64,000 nt of DNA from Oopsacas minuta (lineage: Eukaryota > Animalia > Porifera): the NCBI GenBank assembly GCA_024704765.1, contig JAKMXF010000295.1, positions 62,001 through 126,000 on the forward strand, written 5' to 3'. The number at the start of each line of letters is the position of its first letter. Position 1 is the stretch's first letter. Under the pieces are notes generated by a model, which was given only the letters and a program-made list of their open reading frames with translations, had not been told where the DNA came from and searched no databases. Position numbers and translations under genes: made by a program. Below, one piece after another: positions 10,690 through 23,119 of this stretch.

Positions 10690-13600
10690 ACGATTTCAGG
10701 TTTCGGTGTGAAATTTCAGAGTGTGAAGTTGGCTGAATATTCGACCAGCAATACTTCAACCATTAATTAAACTAACTTCCCATGGTCAGAATGTAAATAT
10801 TTTGGGCCATTCTTAAGAAGAGTACCGACGTTTCTGAAAAGGAATTTATATTTTTAAACGTTATTTTTCCTAACAGAAATTGGTGTATCAAACCTGCAGT
10901 AGTTCACATATAAATTCAGTATATTTTAACAAATTATATTTTCCTGAAATCATGTGTATGTATTCCTGCTGTATGTGTGTTTATCTGTTTATGAAATTGT
11001 GTTAATATATTCAAAACGTTTTGAGATATTTAGGTTGAAAACTATGTTGTGGTAATTCAGGAAGAGCTGATAACTCTTGTTTCTTAGTATCGAGTTTCTA
11101 TTCATTTGTACTAAGCGCACAAATATAATTATTGCAATATCAACTGTTTGATCTCAGTTGACTCATTATGAATTATTCAATGAATTATTTTTATACAAAG
11201 TAATTTCGATTATCTCATAGCATTTCGTTTCCATATAATCCAAAATAGATTAAAAATAATCAATGTTCGAAAAGTTGAGTAGAAATGGATAATCAAATTA
11301 TCAGATAATAAGATCCTTGCATAGGTTTGATTTGTAGTGTTACGAGCTGATCTATTCAGTTTTTGTGTACCTCTCAAGTAGGCACAGAAGTTATGAAGCT
11401 ATAAAGACTCACATATATATTCGGTTTCGATATTTATCTTCACTTTAATGTTATCAAAGTCTATTTCTATCGTTTCTCTTTTGTTATTCAGCCCTCGTAG
11501 GGCTTAACATTATACTTCAGAGATACGCTGTTTGGCAGAGCATTAAAGGAGCGCCCTCCAATTTGAGGAACGGACCTGGAGCGCGATCCATTTATGATTC
11601 AGGAGCGGAAGGTGGAGCGGCGCTCTATTTTTCAAGGAGCGCGCTCCTGTTTAATTGTAAACAATTTGCTAATTTCATCGTTATTCTGCATAGAATTCAG
11701 TATTCTTCCTATAATACGTAAGTCGGTGCTGGGACACTTTTGTATAATTCACAATTTATTGTTTTAGTTTGACGTTGCACATTTAGTAATTCCCCGTATG
11801 TACAATGGTTAAATTATATCCTGGTTACTTAATTTACTAATCTCATACAATTCACTCAGGAAAAATGTGGATAACAATTGGAGAGTGCGATCCATTTCTG
11901 AGGAAGGAGGGGAGGTGGGAGCGCTTAGTGTTCTGCTATGTTGGTAGTATTTTCCAGCTAATGCACCTATCAATTGTTGTCCCCATCTCCCCAGTACGGG
12001 CCTATATGGATCAAAGGTGGAGATTTGATACGAGGATTTTTCAAATTTCCCACTCCTGGGTCATTTCAAATGTCAAATACCCTTTATTATTTCTTATGTA
12101 GGTTACTAGAGACAATATAATCTTTATTTATGTAGTGTTATAAGTCTAGATGTCGAATGCTCACACTATTTGGAGTCAATTCCCTCATAAATCCTCACTT
12201 AATGCCAGAACCCGACTGGCGGACCTAATTACCATTAGCCTATCATCTAACAAATCCTGTTCAATTGAATCCCAACAAGTCCCTCATGATTATCATGAAA
12301 TGAAGATGCAGATTCCAGGCAATGCACGATATTTCTATATATTGTGGCGGTTTGAAGAAATGGCAAATCCATTATTGAAAAAAGAAAATAGCTTACAATC
12401 AATGATTTCGTTGTAGTCTGCGAAGATGATGGACTTAGAGAAAGCGATTTAGACGGAATAAAATCTATAGATGGCTGAGGCGAGACTGATGTATCGATTA
12501 TTCGCTCAACTAACGCAGGGATATTGTTTGAAGTATTTTCCATTTCAGTTTAATAGGTTTTCGTTGAGCTGGATTTTTGCGGCCATGTAATTTATTACTA
12601 ATAATGGCCCAAATGAATCACTAACGCTATGGTCAACAGAACTTGAACTCACAACATCTTTGTATGAATTGAAAGGGATTCGAAATACAAAGGTAACAGC
12701 TGAAGCTCTCGTGGTACCAAAAAGGGAATATAAAAATATGATATGCGCCGTACTCGCGATAAAACGTGTCAAGATAAATCTAACTTTTGTTATAGCAATT
12801 GACTATTACATATCTAACGCGCATTCCGATGATACGGAAATAATTTATATAGAAAGAAAGGAAATTACATTCTGAAATTTTGATTCCACTTGAAGTAATG
12901 AAACTCTTTGGTTCCATTGAAGGAGGGTCATAGCGAAAGTATAATTCCATTGTGTGAAGAAAATAATACAATCTTTGATATATAGGGCAGAATTTATATA
13001 CATTTATCTTCGAATAATCGTCCCCTGAAGGAACCCCGAAATATATAATCATCCAAACGTACTATTCGAGAAATACTGAATATTGAAAAAGACAACAAAC
13101 CTTAGTCAATAAGGCTTGTGCAAGAGTTAGGATTTGTAGAGTCGTGAAAGATTTTTTAATGAAAGTGATAAAATAACGAAAATTGTTTAAAAAGGGATGA
13201 AATAAAAGATAATATTTATAGAAATACCAAAGGACTATTTCAAGACGTTTTTCTTCAGCAACAGTGTTTTTTGTTTGAAATGGAGAAATTATCATGTGAA
13301 TATATATATTTTATGATTTTTATGTTCCACCTAACCTTAGTTGATTAATTAATTGAAATTTGCAAATAGGTCTGAATTGTTCCTTTCTCCTCAACATTTC
13401 GAACATTGATTATTTTTTACCTATTTTGGAATAAATGCAAACGAAATGCGAGGAGATAATTGAAATTCCTTTGTATATTCTATAATTCATTGCATAATTC
13501 ATAATGAGTCAACTAAGATTAAACACTTGATATTGCAATAATCTGTATGTGTTAGTATAGTTAGAATGGATTAGAATGTTATATTTAATATGTGTGCTCA

Positions 13601-14000
13601 GTACAAATCTAACAAAGACTCGACTCAAACAAGACAGTTTTCAAACCGAGATATCTCAAAAGGTTTTGACTATTTTAACATAATATTTTAAACACATAAA
13701 TGTCCATACAGCAGGAATACATGCCCATGATTTCAGGAAAAAATACTTTGTTTAAGTATACTAAATTCATACGTGAACTACTGCTGGTTAGATACACCAA
13801 TTTCTATTGAAAAAATCTAGGTTTACAGAAAATCAATTTGCTATCTGAAACGTCCGTATCTCTTCTTTCGAATGTTCTAAAAATATTTACATTCTGACCA
13901 TGGGAAGTTAGTTTAATTAATGGTTGAAGTACTGCTGGTCGAATATTAAGCCAACTTCACAATCGTATAAAATACTCCGTAAAATGACCCTGAAATTGTT
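10690..14000. mobile_element. Unit bounded by about 400-bp imperfect inverted repeats (non-autonomous long-TIR element or two inverted copies of one repeat)
   Basis: ~10690-11130 is the reverse complement of ~13585-14000. Shared blocks include TTCAACCATTAATTAAACTAACTTCCCATGGTCAGAATGTAAATATT and GAAATTGGTGTATC...TTCCTGAAATCATG. Confidence 0.7.
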
Positions 14001-14689
14001 CAGAAAAGTTACATTCACGTTGATTTACGTCAACAACATTGTTACAAGTTATCTTGAAATTTGTTTATTGGACTGTGCAATATTTATCCTGATACAATTA
14101 AGAGCAGTTGTCATATGAACCAATCAACAGAAATAGGTACGCAGCCAACGTCTACACGTATGAAATGATGTATCTATAGTAATTTGGTAGTAGAATGTTT
14201 AATGTGTCAAGAAGACATGTACGACACTAATTTGACACTGTTTCGTGATATTTTACAACAAATATGGGAAGATGGATTTATGGAGTGAACTATATTTATA
14301 TTGGTAGCCCATAATGTAAATACATTAAAGCAAAACTTTGTTAAATTTGAGTCGATAGTAGTTTTTAATGAAATATCAACCTCAATCTATTTCTAGTTCC
14401 TCCATAACTTAGTTTAAGATGAAGTATGTATACAATACATTGATTTAGTTGAAAGCTCTGATATCAACAAATAATCGATGAAAACTTAAGTATTCGGATG
14501 TATTAACATATCTGCAACTATTTTGGTAATATTCGATTCTTAAATGATCGTTGATTACAAATTTCAATAAATGGGGCGATTTTTGAAATTCCTAACGATT
14601 ATTGGTTAAATAAATTGAAACGAATATTCTAATAATCCGTATATTCGTTTCAGCCCAAATATAATTGTATAATTACCTTACAATCTTTA

Positions 14690-15500
14690 GATCCAGCTCT
14701 TTGCATTCATACTGAAAGTCGTTTTTCTATTTATTGCGAAAATATCTAGAAAGGAAGACAATATCGCAGATATACGCTTAAACTTGAGGCACATATATCG
14801 TCCATTGTTCCATCTTTTGTGAAAAACTCGTACGCTAGTTGAATCCAATATTTTCCTCGGTGTCAATTTACTCAATATGTTTAATCGCCAAGGCAGTTTT
14901 GTTACACTTTCATCATTATAGCAGCCACAATCCATGTTTGTTAGCCATAGTTTGAAATCATCAATCAATATATTGACCTGAGGGATTTCATTTTCCTCAA
15001 CTTAGGTAGTTTGAGTTGAGATATCTTTTGATAGTTCTTCAGTTTCAATCACCCATCTAATGTCCTGTGGTATAAAATACAACGACTCATTTGTTGTAGA
15101 ATCTTCTATATTGCCAACTTCAAACCCAGCATTAACTGGAACATGAGCAATTCCTTCATCTTTTCTGATGCGTTGTTCAATTATTGATTCTAACGCAACG
15201 TTTTCATTTTCAATTTCTATGTCAATGTCCTGATGCATCCTTTCTGCGTCAAACCCAGGATTCATATGCCATAAACAATTTCTTCCTGTTTATCGACGGG
15301 TTCTTGATAATTTTCATGTTGCCTCTTTTCTTTTATGGGGCTTTTTCTTCGGTATCGTCAGTATCACTGCTGTATACCTCTACTTTTACCCAAATCTGGG
15401 TTTCTTTAATTGAACGGCAAACTCTCTTCCGATTTCTCATCTCACTGATCTCCATATGCTTTCAGTACATCTTGTGGAAACCTAATATATCTATAGTATA
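14690..15500 (-). pseudogene. Decayed ORF relic: acidic repeat unit followed by a possible tyrosine-recombinase core-binding-like domain
   Basis: ORFs 15002-15265 and 14687-14968 are in one frame separated by a single stop. Contains DFKLWLTNMDCG and, in a shifted frame, ICASSLSVYLRY. Family call is by-eye pattern only. Confidence 0.35.
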
Positions 15501-16027
15501 ACCTGTTCTTTGGTCACTCGTTTATGATATTATGATAGTACAAATATTTACTTAGTTAGAAATCCATTTAATCAACAGATATGTTCAACTAACCATTCCT
15601 CTAACGCCATTGTGTTGCATTCTTTACCTTTCTTCAATAAGCAGCACCTTAGGCATGTCTTTTGTCCCGTTAGCCATACATTTGTTCTTATATTTCCATT
15701 TACTCTATTTGGTTCTATTTGCCAACTGCGTTGGTTGGTCTTGATGTTTCTTTTCCATGTGTTGTGGCAATCGTGCGATGTATTTATCACATAGGTTGGA
15801 TTTTACTTTTTCTTTAACGACATGCGTTCTTCGAAGAATCTAATATTGTAGATTTGTACTTATGTACGTTTGATCAATTATATATTTGACAACTAATTGC
15901 GGTATCCGAATACCTTAGCATGATACATAGCAAATTCTAATAGAATTTACTAGTATTAAATTTCAAGTGCAAAGTGAATGCAACTTCGTTTAACAGGAAG
16001 AATTTGTTACGTGCCTATGAATATTGT

Positions 16028-16600
16028 GTTTGACGCTTAAAAGATGCATCAGGACATTGACATAGAAATTGAAAATGAGAACGTTGCGTTAGAATCAACA
16101 ATTGAACAAAACATCGGATAAGATGAAAGAATTGCTCATGTTCCTGCCAATGCTAGGTTTGGAGCTGACCATATGCATCAAGACGTTGACTTGCAAATTG
16201 AAATGAGGATGTTGCAATAGTAACAACAATAGATCAACGCATCGAAAAAGATGACGGCATTGCAGAGAAAATTAATATCCAAGAAGAAGCAACAATATTG
16301 AGAAATTCTGATACGGAAGACTTTAAGAAATGGATAAGAAAAGAAAAGATAATATAAGCAACAAGTAGCACTATATACTCGTCTAATATAATAACAATGT
16401 CATGGCAAAGGTTGTGCATGAAGAAACGGAGAAATATTTGATTAATATGAATAATAACCAAGGAAAACAGACCTCCGAAAGAAAGTATTGGGCACTGTCA
16501 TATTACTACGAATACATAACCGAGAAAACAGGGAATCGAATACATGAGCTAAAAAGAGCAGAACATTATCAAAAGCATGATAAGATAAAGAACAAATGAA
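16028..16600 (+). pseudogene. Inverted paralogue of the 14690-15500 relic
   Basis: 16028-16161 is a close inverted copy of 15121-15254, followed by a second diverged unit, then DFKKWI and TSERKYWALSYYYEYI. Confidence 0.4.
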
Positions 16601-16741
16601 ACAAGGAAAACATCAACACTATAAACATTTATAATAACTCGTTTTGAGTAACATGCATACACATCAAGAAACTGTTGAGTATTTGTACCTTCAAGTAAGA
16701 ATGCAGTTTTGAATATACAATTACAATAGTTGGTAGACTAG

Positions 16742-17035
16742 TAACCTTTTCGTCTAAAATTAACCCCTTCCCTTATAATTAACCTCTTTCTAGTACAATT
16801 CTCCCTTTTCGTGCACAATTAACCTCTTTCATGTAAATGTAACCTCTTTGCGTATAATTAACTTCCGTCGTGTACTATTAATCTCTTTCATGTACAATTA
16901 ACCCTTTTGTGTACATTTGACCTCTTTTGTTTACAGTTAACCTCTTTTGTTTACAGTTGACCCTTTTCGCCTACAATTAACCATTTTTGTGTACACTTAA
17001 CACTTTTCGTGTATACGTAACCTCGTCTACAATTT
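16742..17035 (+). repeat. Minisatellite, about 20-bp unit, about 15 diverged copies
   Basis: Consensus approximately TAACCTCTTTYGTGTACAAT repeated head to tail without unique spacers. Confidence 0.9.
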
Positions 17036-17368
17036 ATCGTTTATAATTTTTTTCTTTAGCATATTTAGTCTTCATTTACTCTCTTCTTTCTCCTTATTCC
17101 TTGTATTCGAGTTTAACTTTCATTTTAAATAATTCATTCTTTAAAATAAAATTTACTTGCGTCCATCCAACCTGTTTGCTCGAGGTTTACTACGAATATT
17201 AGGTATTTTGGACAAATTTGGCTATAATTCGGATAACACGTACTCCGGATTACGAGTACAAATCTTCACGGTACCTCTGGTGTACGTATCATCCAGGCCC
17301 ACTGTATAATGACTGAGCAGTTGTTAATAATGAAATTTTGGAATTCCAAAAGGTAACGATACATCATA

Positions 17369-17536
17369 CAGTACAGTCTCGTTAATACGAACACTGTTAA
17401 GGAGTACAAATTTATACACTCTATAAGTCTCCTTAGATAAATTTTCTATGTAAATTAGTTCGGATAATACGTGCTCTGGGTAAGGAGTACGAATTTTGTT
17501 AGTCCTCTAGTGTAACGTATTAACAGGAGTCTACTG
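17369..17536. mobile_element. pogo/Tigger-type MITE
   Basis: CAGTACAGTCTCGTTAATACG / CGTATTAACAGGAGTCTACTG (17/21 match). TA on the left flank, CA on the right. Confidence 0.7.
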
Positions 17537-18178
17537 CACATAGGTGTGAATTTTCTTCCAAGAAACGAACTATCCAACTCAGACCAGAAATATCCCTGTA
17601 TTCCAAAAATCGCCCTAGGTGATTTCCTGTTTCTCCAATCAATTCTGGAAATACAAACAAATATACATTTACTGACTACTTGCTTGTAACTGAGTAGTGT
17701 CGTGAGTTTCAAAGTCAAAAGGTCCATAAATCTCCTTTTGGTGTGCGAATTGGTTAAAGCGAAGTGGTGAAGTTTTCTGTTCCTTTTCATTCTGTACGTA
17801 ACACTTTGGACCTAATCGGTATAGTAGAGAAATTTTTATTATTGATTTGTCAGGAAGCAATTGTTTTGGGCCTTTTTAGGTCACATTTAACGGGACTTGA
17901 ATTTGCAAAGTGAGGCTTAGGGGCCATGTCGGGTTCATTTCCATAAAGTGAAGGAACTTCTTTCTCTCAGTTTTGTCAGATGATTACTTCTCAAATCAAA
18001 TCAAAGGTAACTCTTACTAGCACGGGCGTCAGGTTGACCAAAATAGTTGGGGCCGTTGTACTCACTAGTCATTTTACCTTTAACTACAGAATTTATATTA
18101 AGTGGTAAAATGAATTTTCTCTCGAATTTAATGACTTTATCAGCAAACATGACTTGTATAATGGAGAAATTCAGACTA

Positions 18179-20254
18179 CAGTCAAACCTCCAATAGTGAA
18201 CACCTCTCATTAGTGAACACCTCCAAATAGTGAACACTATATTCTGGTCCCAAATATTTCCCTATCAAATAATATTTATAAGAACCTCTCTTTAATGAAC
18301 ACCTCTATACTGTGAATAGTGAACACCTTATTTGAACATTTCATAAGTATCTCAATTAGAATGAACCTCCAATTAGTGAACATGGGTCAGGTTTCTGAAT
18401 ACAAAATAAACAGTGTTATATGAAAAGCGTGAAAAGATAATGTCACATATGCATATACTATTAATAAGTTATCAATTGCCAACGTATAACGTACTAATAC
18501 GTAGTTTAGAATTACTCTACCAACTCAGGTTATTTTAGCCATCTATCCGTGATGTCACTAAAAAGGAAAAATCTTACAATATCCGAAAAGCTCAATGTAA
18601 TAGAATTTGCCTCAACGCACAGCCAGCGTGATGTAGCTGATCGATTTGGTATATCTGTGGGAGCCGTAAATAACATTCTTAAGAAGAAACAGGAAATCCA
18701 AATGGCTTGCGAAGAAAACTGTAACCCACAAATGAAGCGAGTTAGATTGTCTAGTCATTGTGAAGTTAATGATCTTATTTGGCAGTGGTTTGTAACAGCT
18801 AGATCAAAGAATATACCAATTTCAGGACCTATCTTACAAGCAAAGGGCATAGATTTTGCCGAACAACTAGGTATACCATTCAAAGCCTCTAATGGCTGGT
18901 TGGAAAAGTTCAGGTCAAGGTACAATATAGCATTCAAGACACTATGCGGTGAAAGTGCCAGTGTTGATCCGGGGACTGTTGATACATGGAAGCAACAATT
19001 ACATACGATAATAGGTGGTTACAGCCCTGAAGATATTTCAATTGTGATGAAACAGGTCTCTACTATAAGGTTTTGCCAACTAAGTCTCTTGTAGAGAAAA
19101 ACAAAATTTGCAACGGAACAAAGACGTCAAAGGATAGGTTGACAATTCTTTTGTGTGCGAATATGTCGGGTACGGAAAAATTGAAACTATTGATGATAGG
19201 GAAAAGTCAGAATCCTAGGTGCTTCAAACACATGGACTTTAGTCAAATGCCGGTGCAATGGAAAGCAAACAAAAAGGCTTGGATGGATAGTAGTATATTT
19301 GGAGAATGGTTGAAGGATATCAACAATAAAATGAAGCGACAAAAGAGAAAGATTCTTGTATTCATTGATAATGCTACAAGTCATCCTCATTCAGTATTTA
19401 GTAATATTGAGTTAAAGTTTTTTCCTGCAAATTGTACATCCCAATTACAGCCAATGGATCAAGGAATTATACAGTCTATGAAACTTTCTTATAGGAAGAT
19501 CCTCTTAATGGATGTACTAAGCAGAGTTGAATCTTGTGATTCTGGGCAAGGACTAATTAAATCGATCACAGTTAAGCATGCGTTGTATTGGGCAGCTCAA
19601 GCTTGGGAAAATGTCAAATCTGAAACTATTCAGAAATGTTTCGCAAATGCTGGATTTGGTTTCTATGAACACGCAAATCTTGACCATGAAGAAAATATCC
19701 AAAATATGATTGATGATTTGTCTTCCAGTCTTGGAATCGAATGTTGTTCAGGAATTAACTTCATGAATATCGATGAAGAGAAACAATTACTGCATGCATA
19801 TACTGATGATGATTGGGAAACACAGCTAATAGAAAATTATTTATCACCAGCAGACAATGAAACATTAGAATTGGATGAAGAAAGCGACTCAGATATTCCA
19901 ATCTCAAAAGCTCCAACAGTAAAAGAAGCACTGTATTCATTGGATGTAATAAAGACATTCAGCAATAACGACAGTAAGGTGTTTGGAGCTGTAATGAAAG
20001 CTGAATCAGCAATCAAAGAGCTAATATCAGAAGGAACATGTCAAAGGCAGTCAAAACTTACTGATTATTTGGAGAAAATTAATTAATAGCTAAAAACACA
20101 TTAACATTGCATACTTAAATCATAATACATTTCATATAGCTTATTAAAATTTCATTGTTATACTATTTCAATGTAACCTCTCATTAATGAACACCTCGCT
20201 ATAATGAACAAAAAAATCGGTCCCGAGGGTGTTCACTATGGAGAGGTTTGACTG
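18179..20254 (+). mobile_element. Full-length pogo/Tigger transposon
   Basis: TIR CAGTCAAACCTC...AGTGAACACC / GGTGTTCACT...GAGGTTTGACTG. TA TSD on both sides (18177-78, 20255-56). GTGAACACC subterminal repeats. Confidence 0.95.
18552..20086 (+). CDS. Tigger/TIGD-like transposase (CENP-B HTH + DDE_1) with one frameshift
   Basis: HTH-psq, WF...R..NIPISGP.LQ.K, ASNGWLEKF. Triad CDETG / IDNA / QPMDQG present. Adding one T to the run at 19036-19038 joins ORFs 18549-19094 and 19073-20086 (DIFNCDETGLYY). Confidence 0.9.
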
Positions 20255-20392
20255 TATAACAAATTTCGTCAATCTTTCAATGGATTTCTGAGTTGATTAA
20301 TTACAGAATCTATAGTTGTTTATTTCGTAATTCCTCGACAAAGAATCTATAGGTTAGGCTATTGCTTAATTGAACAATATGAGGGTCTAGAG

Positions 20393-20674
20393 CAAGGGGT
20401 GGGCAAACTTTTTTCTGCGAGGGCCGCTTCCTAATTTCAAATTCTGATGTTGGTTGTACTGACGACGTTCCATGTTCAAATTTTTACGAGAAACTCTTCT
20501 AGATATTTGTAAAATATACAATACTTATACATAATAATTCACTAATATTGTATAATATATTTTCCGAATGCGTAAGGGAGAGTACGACAGTGATCAAATA
20601 ATTATAGTACTCAAATAACTTAAGCCAGGTGGCTTGGTTCAAAATCACAAGCGACCGTAGTTTGTCCACCCCTG
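20393..20674. mobile_element. Charlie/Buster-type hAT MITE
   Basis: TIR CAAGGGGTGGGCAAAC / GTTTGTCCACCCCTG. TSD GTCTAGAG / GTCTAGAC (7/8), fitting the nTCTAGAn target preference. Confidence 0.85.
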
Positions 20675-23119
20675 GTCTAGACTCTAGAGTGTGAATAATA
20701 TATCCTGAGTGTGTTTTCAACTATAAATACAAACAGCCAAGTACTCTATTATGCTCAACTTGATATCTTTCCTCGAGCTTTAACTGCTTCTTCCTTGCAT
20801 CTTATGTTCTGCTGAATTAATATTTAGCTGCTTCTGATGTATAAAAACGTATTTTCGCAGCACTATTAAGGAAGATAAATTGAATGCATGCACTTATGCA
20901 ACATGCATACATAAAGTTTGGCTCAACTTGATCTTGACACATTCACCGACAAATGGATTAATAGGATTGATGCCAGGATAGATCGATTTGTGCTCAGTAA
21001 AGATTGTTTGAAAAATTATTAAATCATATCACTAAAGAGCAGTTTATATTACATTCATTAGGAATACATGAATAATACGTTTTTATCGATTAGAAATATT
21101 AAGTATTGCAATCATGTACCACATATTTATTTGCAATACATTGAGTAAACTAGGCATTTGGAGTATTAAAATATCATTCAAATGCGCATAATCTTTTAAT
21201 GAAACTGGGAGGTGGCAGTTCCCCCAAATTTCAGGCTCTTTACAAAACCGGAGGGGGCCAGTTCTCACCGCCCCCCCAGGAGCCTGACGCCTCTGTCTAC
21301 TAATATCAAATATATTCCAAAAAATTGAAGAAATCAGTTTTGAAATTCACTCAAAATGAAGTTCAAATGAATGGCTAGAGCAATTGAGTTTATTTCACGA
21401 AACATCCTAATTAAGTGCCAAGAATGATTCAATACCAATCGACAAATGAACAATATTCTAGCGTTCCAAGGTGGAACAATACTGGAACAGAGCCGGCATT
21501 TTTCTCAGTTTTTGAAAATTGAATTTATCATTTATTCAGCTCTCAGTGACAAATTTCAATATGAATATTCAAATGTAAATCTAACACAATAAAAATTAAT
21601 TTGTGTACTTTTCCAGGTAAATTTAACAAAACTACTCGCAATTAGCCCGTATTTGGGAAAGTAGATTTCCTTTGAATCCTTTAAACTTTAAGTCTTTACA
21701 CATTTCTCTAAATGTGAATATTCAAGACAACTTTCCTGGCGAAAATCATCGAAGCTCTGTTTCAGATAATATTAATATAGAATACATATACTTTCCATAT
21801 TCCTTTTTGCAGATGATGTACATGACTTTGAAGCTTATCTTAGTTCCTACCCGACAGATTTCACATAAATATAGAATTCACTTAATTCTGCGAATCTAGC
21901 CATTATGTGTGAGTGATTGTCCATGTTTCCAATTTTTACTATTAATAATTATGGTTGACATTTAAAAACATCTAACATGCATATAGATAATGCAGAAGTG
22001 AAAATGTCATTTTGCATGGATATTTACATAAATATCTTCTTTGCTAACTCATCATTTGAAAAATATTATACCCAAGTGTTGTTTTTAAGATTACAACTAT
22101 AGATGGGTATATTAAGATGCCATTCCATACTTGACTTTCTTTCCAAAATTTTGAGGTATGATTTTCTCTTTGGACACTGTATCACACTTGTGCCGTCCGC
22201 AGTTAACTGCGTTTTTATTGTTTTTAGTGCATATATAAAATATTTAGCCATGTAAGCTGCTAGGTATCTTTCTTTTATTCTCCTGGAATATCTGCAGCTT
22301 CCTAACACTTATACTCACAGAATGCCAGTCATGATAGGAATATTGTGGTTTCATTGCCCTCAGGTTGGGATGAATTAACCGTTATATTGCAACATCTCAG
22401 ATAATACTGAACGAATCTATTAGCTTTCTTCAGGAGCACATATTTCTAATTACTAGCATCACAGTATGAAATCGCTATGACTGCAATGATTGAATATTGG
22501 CTACAAACTGTGGAACTACAACTTCCATTGAAAACGATCAATGCAGTTTAATAATTAACTTTCTATAAGGTTTCAAAGAGTGAACAGTTTTTATATACAT
22601 TAGCCAGTTACGCTAACAAACGATGTCACTTCCATCTGAAAGTTTTCACAAATGTGGCTTTTGCGAATTCTTATATTTCAATAATACATTTTTTCTGGTG
22701 AAAATGTACCAGTTTCTTATTATCGTCGATTATAGTTTTCTCATTAAAATATATCCCCTTCCTCTTATCCCTGGTACAAAGTAGCGATCAGGCCCTACCT
22801 TTATTAGTTTATGGTTAACCCAATTATGTGGGTGGTTAAAACCCTTTGAATTAATGGTTACCCGCAAACCACTGAAATTATTCCTATATCTAATCAGTGA
22901 AGTTTGGTGGTTAAAATTGAAAATGTCAATACATATCATTAAATATGCATGCTTGATGCTAATGTAACGTCTCATAAATACCCAATTACCTGGCCTCGCG
23001 TTAATATACTTTCGTCCCTCCCAAAACCCTAAGAACACTAAATGGATAGGTGAAAATGACACTCTTTTGTTTTTCTTATAGATTTTCTCACGGCAGTTTA
23101 ACTGAATCCAGCTCTGTAT

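Noticed and set aside
16742-17035. Regular repeat array as a possible CRISPR
   Set aside because: Units are contiguous and degenerate with no unique spacers, no cas genes are present, and the context is eukaryotic.
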